From Catajapyx aquilonaris (taxonomy: Eukaryota), in assembly GCA_000934665.2 (NCBI GenBank), contig KZ537970.1, positions 124,001 through 188,000 of the forward strand: 64,000 nucleotides of DNA. The letters are read 5' to 3'. The notes beneath the pieces were generated by a model. It ran no database searches and was not told where the DNA came from. It saw only the letters and a list, made by a program, of their open reading frames with translations. The number at the start of each line of letters is the position of its first letter. Position 1 is the stretch's first letter. Shown here piece by piece: positions 44,601 to 56,139 of this stretch. The position numbers and the translations under genes are program-made.

Positions 44601-47600
44601 CAACAGGTTCCCATTAGATAGCGTGAAATTGAAACGGGTGTGAAATATAGACAAGCGAGCAATTAAGTAAACCCTATACATCTCCTCCTTGCCATCCATT
44701 AATCGTTCAGTTTTGGTGCACACCCGTATCGTATTTACGCGACAGTCGCCTGCCTCAGACTTGCAGCGTGTCGTGTCAGATTCCCGCTAATGGACAGGCA
44801 GCTTCGTTAGCCCCTGGCGCTTAGGCTAATCGGTAAACAACAGAAAAGCCATGTTTCGCAGGGACTAAAATGCTCCTGTGAAGGTCACATTCTGCAGGAT
44901 CTCGTCGTCTCGTACATTAATGCACTCGTACTGTACATCGTATTAATGTGCTCTTTTACAAACAAAATATCACTTAATTGGTTCCATTAACAGCAATTAG
45001 TGTGCATCAGTACACAAAACAACAGAAATCTAACATGCGAGGTAATTAAGTTAAAGTAAGGTATATGCGTGCCAGCCCTGAATAGAATGATACAGAGAAT
45101 ATAAAATTATAATACACAATAATGCAGCATTTAAATGTCGCTTAAAATATTCTAACCGAAATATAAGTAGCACCCAGCATGTACTTTCGTGCCTGTCATA
45201 ACAATTATTCTCCAGAAGTAACATGCTACACTGCATTCGATGAAACTGGCCGACACTGTATCCCAAGACGTCAAAGAATTCCCACCTTGTGAAGAGTCTT
45301 CCGAAAATGCCGAACAGTCCTCCATTCTTTAGATGACAGAACTCATCCATCATCAGGAGTGAAGAAATGATGTCATCAACGGGAAGCCCACTCTCGTGCG
45401 CTCTATTACTCGCTCCAGATGGCACACTGTAACCTATAAAAAATTAAATTATATTCAATGAACATGGACACGGTGAAGTAAGGATTTCATGCACATACTA
45501 AAAGGTGGGGTCACATAAGATACTAGCCTACACACCCACAAAAAAAAGACACTGGACAAATGAGCCTCAAAGAAAAATACCCCTTACAGTAATAAAGATG
45601 ATGCAAGATGTAAGTAGCTTGTAATTTCTGTACTAATTACCCTTCGCCCTGTACTAATTCCTGTAAGTTTCTCTGCTACACGTTATGTCTCCTCATTATT
45701 ATTAGCTAAGTATTCTTAACTAATATATCGCCAAAACATAGCCCATAACAAAACCCTTCTCCGTCCATCTTATACCCTGCGTACGCCAAAAGACGGAGGA
45801 CATGTTTTAAGATGTTCCTTTCTCCTCGTAGAATGAAATGCCCCGAGTTTTACTCGCCATCAAGGTGAGCAGTTCATAAATTGAGTGTAATACAGCGGTA
45901 ACGTTCGTCTAACTTGAAGACCTAAAATTGTCCTGAAAGGTGAAAATCCCCCTCAAAATGTGCTGCACTCTCCGGTGGCGCATAAAACACATCCTAACTG
46001 GTGGCAATTATACTTTGGCCAGGTTTTATCGGCAATATTGATCGTAGAGGCGGGCAGAAATGATCGGAATGGAGATCAAGACTTGAAGGGGGCTCGAAAA
46101 AGCGCAAATGGATCGTCCACAAAGGGCTGCTCCTGGGCCACTTGGAAAAGCCTCCCTGGAATCTCCTTTTCCCATCAATAAAACTGAGCGTTCCCATTTG
46201 TTTTTATTAGCACCGAGATGGTTCGACAGAAAAGAAATCTCTTTCCCTGAGGATCCAACTAAGGTACTGCAGCGATTACGACGGCTTTCAGACCTGAAAT
46301 GCCCACAGGAGCCGTCTTTTTTCCTTTCCTTCACCTCGCCCTGCATGCTACTGACATACTATACATTTGAAGGTTCCCTTTCGCATCTAAATTCAGAGAA
46401 GATATAACGAGCGAGGTAGACTGCAGAAATGTGCATTTTGCTCAGACTTCGTAACAGTACGATGTCATGCGAAAAAATTAGCCAACCTGCATTTTTCAAG
46501 AACACGATGGACGACTCCGGCAGTGTCTTCATAAACCTGAGCATGCACTGTACACACTCGTGGTCAGCAGGCCAGCAGTCACCACCCCCAACATTATCCT
46601 GAAGCTATTACCACTATGGGGAGTATTTATCTGCATCACTACCCTCTACTTCCTTATTGGCTACTTTTGGTCACTCCTGACGCAATATTTTATACCTTGT
46701 ACTGTATTTTCAGCACCATTACCTCGGTAACGAGGCTGCGGAGACAAAAATGATACCTCTTCATAACGTGATCCTCTGCTGGTCCACAAAGGGTTCACCC
46801 TAGAAGTTCTTCGTTACTATGAAACACCCTGTACAGTTACCGCCACGTGTGTTCTCAAAGCTCTTGCATAATTTCTAAAATGTCTACCCATCTCATGTGG
46901 CACAACATTACATTGCATGATAATATACGCACACAAACCGTGTTTATGGTAATAGTTCCACATCAGTGTTGGCTACTCTACAGTGTAGATTGTATTGCAT
47001 GTAAAACTAACAGGACTATGAGTGTTATGCACATAAGTACGAGTACTTATAGCCACTCTTTAGACCTGGACTTCTGCACACCCTGTGTTCATTACTTCAC
47101 TCTTCCATCCTTCTTTATTACCTCCAATGGGCTTCGTAAAATAAATTTAAAAATATCAGGTATAGTTCGATAAGTAATAACATTTCCATTAATCACCTGA
47201 TTAACAATGTAATCTATAGATTACATCTTTAGCACGTCCATAACCTCCTGTTTGCGGCAACAAATTACAAAAGTGCAGAGATTATACACTCCACGTGTGC
47301 CAGTTTTTGATGATATTGAAAGTGCGGTAAACCACATTGCACCTGATCCTAACCCATACACCATGAATCTGCTTTGCTTCATCATGTATTATCTCGGAAC
47401 AGACAAAAACAAACTCTCACCACAAATATCGACATGTAATTACATTTTCTGCTCAAAGGATACGCCCTTCCCACTCATCCAGCCTAGCCTTTTGCACTCT
47501 ACGTTATTGTGCAAGTCAATAAAGCATGAAAACATGCATGCTGGCTTTAGGGTTAGCCATATGAATAATGCCACAGAAGAACCAGCTCTCAGCTAACATA

Positions 47601-48099
47601 ATCCAACACAAATCGAAGTACACACACAGTATATTGTCGGCCTGCATAATTTCAGTGCTTCAAACCCGAAAGTGAACACAGCTTAGTATTTGGGCCATCC
47701 CGTTCAAAGTTTCAGCTGTGTAAATTCTATGTAGCTTTTCCCTGAAGGGATAAAGCAAAAAGCATTAATAGCGACACAAAAGCAACATAAAATTGAACGC
47801 TAATTGCTGGTGCATTGGCGGCACTTCGTCATAGATCATGGCGCCGCTGGGCGGATAGTCGGCTCCTACCATAAGCCTAGGAAATACACAATAAAACGTG
47901 GTCAAAGGACCAATCATGCTGGCCAACAAAATGATTCCTATGTTTCAAGCCGCAAATTAAGAGCAGACGTTGCACAAACATCAAACCCCCGAATTCATTC
48001 CTGTAACAATCCTTCCTCGCCCTGGCTGGCTGGTTGGTTGGCTAGGAACTTTTCAATTCGATTTTATTTGGAAAGTGCACAAGCTATTGGAATTCCGCG

Positions 48100-49330
48100 G
48101 CCGCGCCTCCCCGACTCAAATTGTCAAGTCAGTGCCGGCTTATATTGTTTTTATTTCGGCGCCATTTATTCCATGGCGACAATTCGCGACGCCGCGCCGA
48201 GCCGGCTTCGACCCTTCGTGTATCGTATAGGAAATCCCCGGGATGTTCCACTGGCTTCAAAAGCTCGCATCAAACACATAGTATGTTATACGAATGTGCA
48301 CCAACATATTAAACTGATGTAGAAGTTACCAGTCGGTTGCTAGCGGACATAATAATTATGATATGTAAACTTCATCTATATATATTTGAGCTGAATTTTA
48401 AATCTGTGGCGGCTGTCACTTCGTGCCGATAGGTATATTTCGAAAAATGCAGTGAATGCCAACATGCTAATAATGCCAGCCTATTAACAGAACGGTGCCC
48501 CGTTGTGCCGAATCTATAAGCTTCAATAGGTCTTTTGTCAGTGGAGCGACAGTTATCGGGATTCTGCAGGCAAATGCGCGATATTCAAAGCTCGACACTG
48601 TAATCCGGAAGTGACGCTGCTAACCAGCTCAGCGCTAATGAGTTTTCCGTCATTTCTAGCGAGAATGTAATGCAGTATCTTCTCTCCAAATCCATCCGTT
48701 TTCTTTTTACCCATATTTCTGTAGCATTTGGGCCAATTAAAGCCCCTCATTTAAAATAATTGACTCCATGCAGTACGTTCCCTGAAACAGTTACTAGTAA
48801 AACAATTACTTTAGCATCGATTCTACATTCTAGAGAGAAATAACGCAAAATACGTGAACCACACGGCTCGTAAATGAATCCCCATTAAACGTACAACGAT
48901 GATATACCCGGGTTGAATGAACTCCAATGCGCATAGTAGGAACCCACTTTAAGTTCATGAATGAATCGAGGTATATGCTGAAAAGAGTGTTCTTGCGGAT
49001 AAACGACTGCAGTAGGGTACGGTGGGCGTGGTAAAAAATAAATTTCAGGCAAGAAATCCGGCCGTATAAATCTCCTGGCACGTTATGATTCTGCCTATCC
49101 TATAAATCTTGCTCTGATTTAATCCGGAATGCGGAAAAACAAAGGGAAGCCATAATCTTTCCATCTCTATATGTAGGCGAGTCTCAATTTTATAACGAAT
49201 TTGTCATCATAAACTTACTTGGGGGTCTATAAAAACATTGCTATTAGCCTTCATTCACTGTAAGGGTCGGGATGTTTTGAAATATGGCGTCTTTACTGAA
49301 TCTCCTTCACAAAAATGAAAGTGCAAGTAG
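48100..49330. promoter_or_regulatory. CpG-rich promoter-like region with no recognisable associated coding gene
   Basis: Overlapping ETS-CRE motif CCGGAAGTGACG at 48605-48616, YY1-type CGCCATTT at 48160-48167 and AATATGGCG at 49281-49289, with dense CpG. Confidence 0.35.
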
Positions 49331-49959
49331 GCCTACTCTATATATTTTTTTCTGTACTAAAATCCCTCATGTACAATACTACGATTGCACAACCCTTGCT
49401 GAAGAGCCTAGGCGTATGTCATCCGAGAGGAAATGTAGGCTACTTTTTCCACTCATTGCTCTCTGGAATAGCGGGTTGAATGTGGCTCCTGTCCCGGCCT
49501 TCATTCTCTCCCAACATTCCCACCTCGCCACAGACACCGAACAGTTTTCTACAGTACATGCATCCGAATTGCTGGTCCAATTGCCACCATTCTCTTCGCT
49601 ACACTGCTACAGTCTCCATTATTGCCAACCTACAGTAGAATCTTCACGGTATGCCCCAGCTATTTTCATGTAAAGTGAAATGTTATGTAACCTGACTAAA
49701 AGCTCCATCGTGACTCTGCCCAATGTGAGACTGTGCATTACATACGCCTAGCATCAAAAGGATATTGCTTATTTCCGAAAAGAATAGGAATTATGCCATG
49801 CCATGTGATAAAAACTCGGTGAAGGATGATTGTTACAAAAACGTTTTCATTTCAGTTTAAAACACCTAGGTGCAAGCTGGAAAACCAACGATCACATACA
49901 ACAATGCACGTACGTACGAGTATACCAAAGCATTATAACGAAATTAAACTTATAAGTTA

Positions 49960-50310
49960 CACGGAAAACGGTAATACACTTTCGACACAGAACTAGATGT
50001 CATAATGACACACAAAAACTTGTCATGCAATCTCATCAATGCGGTTTGTGTCAAAGGGTATAGAACTGTGTGCCATTGATGTGACACACTGCAAGGACAC
50101 ACAAACGTGTCAGTAAACACACACGTGTGAGAGGATGGAAGGATGATACACATAATGTCATACCGCACACGTGTGGCTTTCTGCTGCACAATACTGATTG
50201 ATACTTTCAATTTGAACTCGTATTTTCGCGTCGTAATTGAGACGACACGTTTTACGATGGCTGTTTCGGCACAAAAGTGCGCATTTTGTTTTGACTAAAC
50301 ATTTTCTGTA
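49960..50310. mobile_element. Possible CMC/EnSpm-like non-autonomous element remnant
   Basis: TA-CACGGAAAACG ... CATTTTCTGTA-TA degenerate inverted ends. The interior is rich in GACACA/TGTGTC/ACACGTGT short repeats in both orientations. Confidence 0.4.
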
Positions 50311-51689
50311 TACAGGTATTAGTCACTGAATGTAGCTAAGGGTGCATGCCAATTTGGTTGTTTTCTATTCGTCTTGTTGTGAGTGACCAGGAAGACAGTT
50401 TCATTTTCAGGTGGTTTCATAACAATAGTGGCGATATTGCGAAAAAAATGTGCAACCCACTATTGAAAAGGTACTAAATAACCATTCATAATACAAGGCC
50501 CAAATCAGTATGTCTTATGCAAATGGAAAATTTTGTTGCAAACTCATGCAATGTCTCGTTCCATTAGTTGCATTTCTTGAACAAGTGAAGCCATTCTAGA
50601 CATCCCTGTAGTGTGAAAAAGTAAATAAAAACTCAGGTGACAATGCTTTATTCTCCTCCCTCTAGTGTCAAACTGCATAGCTGCACAGGTGAACATACAA
50701 TCAATAAATATTGCGACCATGTATTCACTACTTGTATAGATTACCTTTGAAAGTCCATTCTACTTTTTATGTTGCACATCCAAAAAGCAGCCATTATGCC
50801 ATATAAGTGTACTTGTCGCATTCCCCTTTAGGAACCAATAAGTTACATATACTATACTACTCAGTTATTTCTTACACCTCAATAATATTTATTGTAAACA
50901 AAAAATTGAAACGTCTTTAAATTGTCAACTGTAAAATCAGGGTCACGTAATGTGATGAAATAATTTCTGCATTCACTAGCAGCAGATAGTGTAACAGTAA
51001 ATGCCTACTGCTCATAACTATCCCCTCGACTATCCCAGAAACACACCCCTCCTTGGAGATGTATGCACACCAAACTACATATTCTATCCTGACAAGGCTG
51101 AAAACTCAAATATCAGTGGTCTTGTTGCAGCCCAACCCATCTTATAATGCCATTCATGTGCTCTGAAGTACTCCCTTGCTGTGCCTATTTTGCATATCGT
51201 GCAACTTACAACAGTGATTATCATATCTCACCAATTTACTTTAATTACATTTGCGGACATCATAAAGGGATTACAATGGATGAATATGCAATGCATAATA
51301 ATGACTTTTTCTTCTCCAAAATACTCAGAATCGTCAGTAGTCAGTTGGTGGCCGCATAAAGTTTATAGGCAAGTTGGGTGGGAGCGTTCTTTTGGGCCCT
51401 TGTAAAGCCAGACATCATTTCTAAGATTGCCACAGGGTAAATTGCACAAAAATGGAACAAAACTGACTGTGAGTTCAGATTGGCATGGTAATGAACTATG
51501 GAATGCAGTGTTTCCTTATACGTACCCAGGGAACCCATCATATACCTCTCTGTTCATGCTATTTCAGGGCATGTACTCATGACGTAGCTGATCTTCCCAC
51601 CGACTAATCGCCTCTCGCTTCCAGTCCAAAAGCCAACCTGGATAATTTGGAGTCGCATACAGGTACACTCGCCAAAAATGTCATGCAGC

Positions 51690-52045
51690 GGTTTTCCCAC
51701 AATGCAAATCGAACGAATGCCAATATGGCGGGCCGTGCGACTGGCGGGAATCGCCCAAACTACACACCTAAGGGCTATCAAAATTAATTGCGTTTAAAAC
51801 TCTGCCTTGTTCCAAAGATTTCGTTTGAATTATAACGTGGGTCTGTACCGGTCTTAATGGTTATGGACTGCCAGTTTTGGTTGCATGTGGTGACGTGTAT
51901 TTAGCAGGAGAGGAGGAACACACCAGCTGATTTTTGCCAGCTCCTCTTGTTTGTTCCAGTGGTGCTTGCTGTCCGGCTGGTCCGGTCTGGTTGTCTTCGG
52001 GTTCCTCAGACTGTCCTGCACGCACAGGGATATAAGGTATCACAG
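51690..52045 (+). promoter_or_regulatory. Probable CpG-rich housekeeping promoter and non-coding first exon of SLC33A1
   Basis: YY1-type AATATGGCGG at 51722-51731 and E2F-type TGGCGGGAA at 51742-51750. Candidate donors at 52037 (AAG|GTATCA) or 52046 (CAG|GTTGGG) lie upstream of the acceptor at 52384. The TSS cannot be determined from sequence. Confidence 0.5.
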
Positions 52046-52393
52046 GTTGGGTTAAAAAATGGGTTCAAATTGGTGACTGAACTTACCTAACTAGACGGTG
52101 TGGTCATTGCATAATAGAAGCATATCGCACTGGTTATTGAATGTCATGCCTAGTGTGGCAACATACAGTGTTCCATCACGTTTAAGATCTTGACTAATTA
52201 CATTTACATTAACTCATACGTGTACTATCGGCACATAGTCCAATGGTCAGCCTACCTCCAAGTGACCGGAACCTTTCCATGCTGATCGTACATAATTTGT
52301 TCCGTACCAAGAGTAATGCACACTATTGCATATAATTATTCATCAATAATCACTTCCAGACTGACAACAATTTCATCTCTGCAGGTCGTGAAG

Positions 52394-55300
52394 ATGTCGA
52401 TGAAGAAGCGTGGGAATTCCAACATCGTGTCGGTAAACTTGATGTCGAACTCTGGCGCATCGGATAACAAGTATGAGAAGTCTGGATTGTATGGGGACCG
52501 TGGAAATCTGGCCCTTCTGGTCTTTCTGTATGTTCTGCAGGGAATACCGCTTGGCCTCATTGGAAGTGTTCCAATGCTGCTTCAGAACCGAAGTGTGAGT
52601 TATAAAGAGCAAGCTCAGTTTAGCCTGGTGTACTGGCCATTTAGCATGAAGCTCCTTTGGGCACCAGTGGTGGACGCGTGGTACTCGAGGCGGATGGGGA
52701 GGAGAAAGACATGGCTTGTGCCTATCCAGTATCTCCTGGGGAGCTTTATGTTGATGCTGTCTGGCAGCGTGAAGGGATTTCTTGGAGAGGGAGAGGATGG
52801 GAGGCCCGACGTTGCAGGACTTACAGGTCTTTTCTTTTTGCTCAACTTTTTGGCTGCCACGCAAGACATAGCAGTGGATGGTTGGGCCTTGACAATGCTG
52901 CAGAGGTATGTTAATTGACAATTTTATCACTCACTGCTTGAAAGATATTTACCATACATTGAGCCGTCTATATACTGTGTTTCAGAAGTTAGCTAACATT
53001 TATAATTGTGAAAATCTTACTGACACTCATTTCCAAACACTGTTGTCTCTCCTGCAAGCAGTGAGTCATGTATGCCATTGGAAAGTTACTTTAATGGTCT
53101 TTACAATGGCCCACATTACTGCTTGGTAAATTTTAATGTGAGGCGACCGTTACATGTCCAGGAATTTGCACTGATAAGATGTGAGCTAAATTCTGAAACA
53201 CACAGTATAATCTGTAAATTATAAGCTTAACTTTTTATTTATCTCAGCCGTGTTTTTATGCCTTATTCATACTTCTTTTCTTTTCCAGGCACAATGTAGG
53301 GCATGCATCTACTTGTAATAGTGTTGGGCAGACAACAGGCTATTTTCTTGGTTATGTTGTCTTTATGGCTTTGGAGTCTGCTGATTTCTGCAATAACTAT
53401 CTCCGTAGTGAGCCATCACCAACGGGGATTGTAACACTTGCAGGTAATCCACCCAATTGCTGAAAAATACTATTTGTAGTCATACATGTAAATGGCAAGC
53501 GCCTTTTTTTAAAAATGATTATGGATTTTAAATTCTAAAAAAGACTGTCAAACATGACAGGGTTTGTAGTACGAGAGCGAATCAGAAAGTAATTGAAAAC
53601 TATTTTAATTCAGAAGTTTCACTAGAGAAACTGAAATTTAGATATAAGGGCAAGTCTTTCTCTAATTTTAGACATAGTCACCATACAGGGCATACACTTT
53701 GGTGCATTTGTCCCAGCCGGACACTAGTTCTTCCATACCCCTGCAGGAAAAAGCGTCAGAATGGGTGGGAAGCCCGTGAGGGATGGCCTCTTTCGCTTCC
53801 TCGATGTCGCTGAAGTTCTGACCTGCCAGGTGGTTCTTCATTATCCCAAAGAGATGTTAGACCATGGGTAAAAACACCTCTTTGGACCAACAAAGAAGCA
53901 CTAGCTTCGCAAGACAGCGACATCGAGGAAGTGAAAGAGGCCATCCCACACTGGCTTCCCACCCTCACTGAAGTTCTGACCTGCCAGGTGTTTCTTTTTT
54001 GGTCCAAAGAGATGGTTTTAACCATGGTCTACCATCTCTTTGGACCATTAAATAAGCACCTGGCAGGTCAGAACTTCAGCGACATCGAGGAAGTGAAAGA
54101 GGCCATCCCTCACGGGCTTCCCACCCAGTCTGACGCTTTCTTCTGCAGGGGTATGGAACTGCTAGAGTTCCGCTGGGACACATGCACCAAAGTCGATCGT
54201 GACTATGTCTAAAATTAGAGAAAGACTTGCCCTTTCGTATGTAAATCTCAGTTTCAATTTCTCTAGTGAAACTTCTGAATTTAACAAGTTTTCAGTTACT
54301 TTCTGATTCACTCTCGTATAAAAGTACTAGGTCCTGAAGTTTATGCATAAGAAGATGTAATATTTGGTGCAGAACACTAACTTGCACCTGACCACTACAA
54401 ATCATACCTGAATAATTATCATAATGCAACTCTCAGTATAGTTCTTACACAATATCCACAGATTTCCTGTACTTCTGGGGAATTATCTTCTTGGTGACCA
54501 CTACCCTGGTTTGGGTCTTCAAGTCTGAAAAGTCAGATGAAGAAGCAGCCACAAATGAGCCCCAACTCGGCATATTTGCAAGTTACAAACTTTTGTGGAA
54601 GATCGTGTTGCTGCCCAACATCAAAGTTTTGCTGGTATTCCTCCTCACTTGCAAGGTTAGCCGCTGATTTATTGTGTGCCGCTGTTTTCATTCCCACTTG
54701 GCTACAATGTTTGACTAACTATCTCTATTAATTTTTGCCTTTCTCTCAGATAGGATTCGCTGCTGCTGATTCTGTCACCGGTCTGAAGTTGGTTGAAATG
54801 GGGGTCCCAAAAGAAAGTTTGGCACTTATGGCCATCCCCATGGTGCCACTCCAGATACTACTGCCTCTCTTCATCAGCAAGTACACTGCTGGGCCCAGGC
54901 CAATGAATCTGTTCATGCGAGCAGTGCCTTACAGGCTGCTCTTTAGCGTTGGATTTGCTGCCATTGTGTGGATAACACCAGGTTTCAAAGGACCAGATGG
55001 AGTTTATCCTCTGCATTATTATGGCCTACTACTAGTGATTTATGCCATACATCAGGTATATAATGGTTGATTCTTTAAAAAAATTGTGTGTGTAGTAGGA
55101 TAGCCTTATTTTATCATGTTCAAGATAGTCATACCTCTTAACGCATTGGATCTTCAGATAATTATAAGTTTATGAATTTCAGGTGGCGCTGTACAGCATG
55201 TTTGTGTCTGTTATGGCCTTCTTTGCCAATGTGAGTGACCCTGCTGTGGGAGGCACTTACATGACCCTACTGAACACAGTGTGCAACTTGGGTGGGAACT

Positions 55301-55934
55301 GGCCTGCCACACTGGCTCTCTGGTTGGTTGACCCATTGACTAGCCATGTATGCAGTTTGGGCAGCCACTCTGGTGTGGATTTCTCATGCGACACTGCAGA
55401 GGAGGCAAAGGTATGTTACTGTTATTCTGAATGACTTTAAATATTTTTGCAGTGGAAGTAACAGTGGTGTTCGGTTTTAGGAGGAATTTAAAATTTGAGT
55501 TGCATTTTATTACTTACCAAGTTATCTGTACCAGTGTATTCAGTGACAGTATCTTAAGTTTTGATGAATGTCATAAGGCAGTTTTTAACTGAGAAATAGC
55601 AGTTCCAGAGGATTGTTTTAAGATTCTATGGGGGACTTGTTTAGACCTATATCATAATTTTAAGGACCTGTAAACCATATACCAGTATATAGTTACAAAT
55701 TACGGGTAGATTAATTCATTCCTGAGGACTCCATTTTCACACACTAAACTACCATTGCGTTCTTCTTTGCAGAAATGTACTGAAAACAAAGGCATCTGCG
55801 TGACCAGTGTGGATGGCTACTACGTAGAGAGCATTGTATGCTGTGTGATTGGTTTCCTGTGGTTGAGGTGGGGTCGGAAGTCAATTGCTTGGCTTCACTC
55901 GAGGGGTGAGTCATCGTGGCGAGTAGTAAATTAA
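52394..55934 (+). CDS. SLC33A1: Acetyl-coenzyme A transporter 1 (AT-1, SLC33A1; MFS-type ER membrane transporter), 6 coding exons, 518 aa
   Basis: Exons read by hand with GT-AG boundaries and consistent phases: 52394-52905, 53289-53443, 54462-54655, 54750-55055, 55183-55410, 55773-55934 (1557 nt including TAA). The translation has hallmark AT-1 motifs LYVLQGIPLGL, WPFSMKLLWAPVVDA, GRRKTWLVPIQYLLG, FLAATQDIAVDGWALTML, NVGHASTCNSVGQT, IGFAAADSVTGLKLVE, SDPAVGGTYMTLLNTVCNLGGNWP and DGYYVES. The ATG at 52394 follows an acceptor (tctctgcag|52385), so the ORF-track Met at 52316 is intronic. Confidence 0.96.
53572..54316. mobile_element. Non-autonomous fold-back mariner derivative (inverted duplication of the transposase 3' end) in SLC33A1 intron 53444-54461
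   Basis: TA target-site duplication (53570-71 and 54317-18); termini CGAGAGCGAATCAGAAAGTAA...TTACTTTCTGATTCACTCTCG; inverted arms of about 330 bp. The right arm encodes YHLFGPLNKHLAGQNFSDIEEVKEAIPHGLPTQSDAFFCRGMELLEFRWDTCTKVDRDYV*, which matches the C-terminus of Mos1/Hsmar-type mariner transposases. Confidence 0.93.
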
Positions 55935-56139
55935 CAAAAGGGTGGTTGACTAGTATTATTGCTAAACACTTTACTGAGGGGGCAATGCACAAGACAATCA
56001 CGATTTCGCTTTCTTTGGGTTGTCCCATGACAGCTAGGTTGTAATGGTACCATCACACAAGATGAAGAGGGACTTCGTCATTAGCTCAAATGACTTGTAA
56101 TAATACGATACACTGTGATAGGCCTAGTCGGGCCTTTTA

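Noticed and set aside
47804..48322. 172-aa ORF
   Set aside because: Non-ATG start, no family resemblance, and lies in a CpG-rich promoter-like island.
52373..52930. 185-aa minus-strand ORF
   Set aside because: Antisense shadow of the first SLC33A1 coding exon.
53931..54212. 93-aa ORF as a transposase or SETMAR-like gene
   Set aside because: Only the last ~60 residues of a mariner transposase fused to inverted sequence; no DNA-binding domain or complete catalytic triad.
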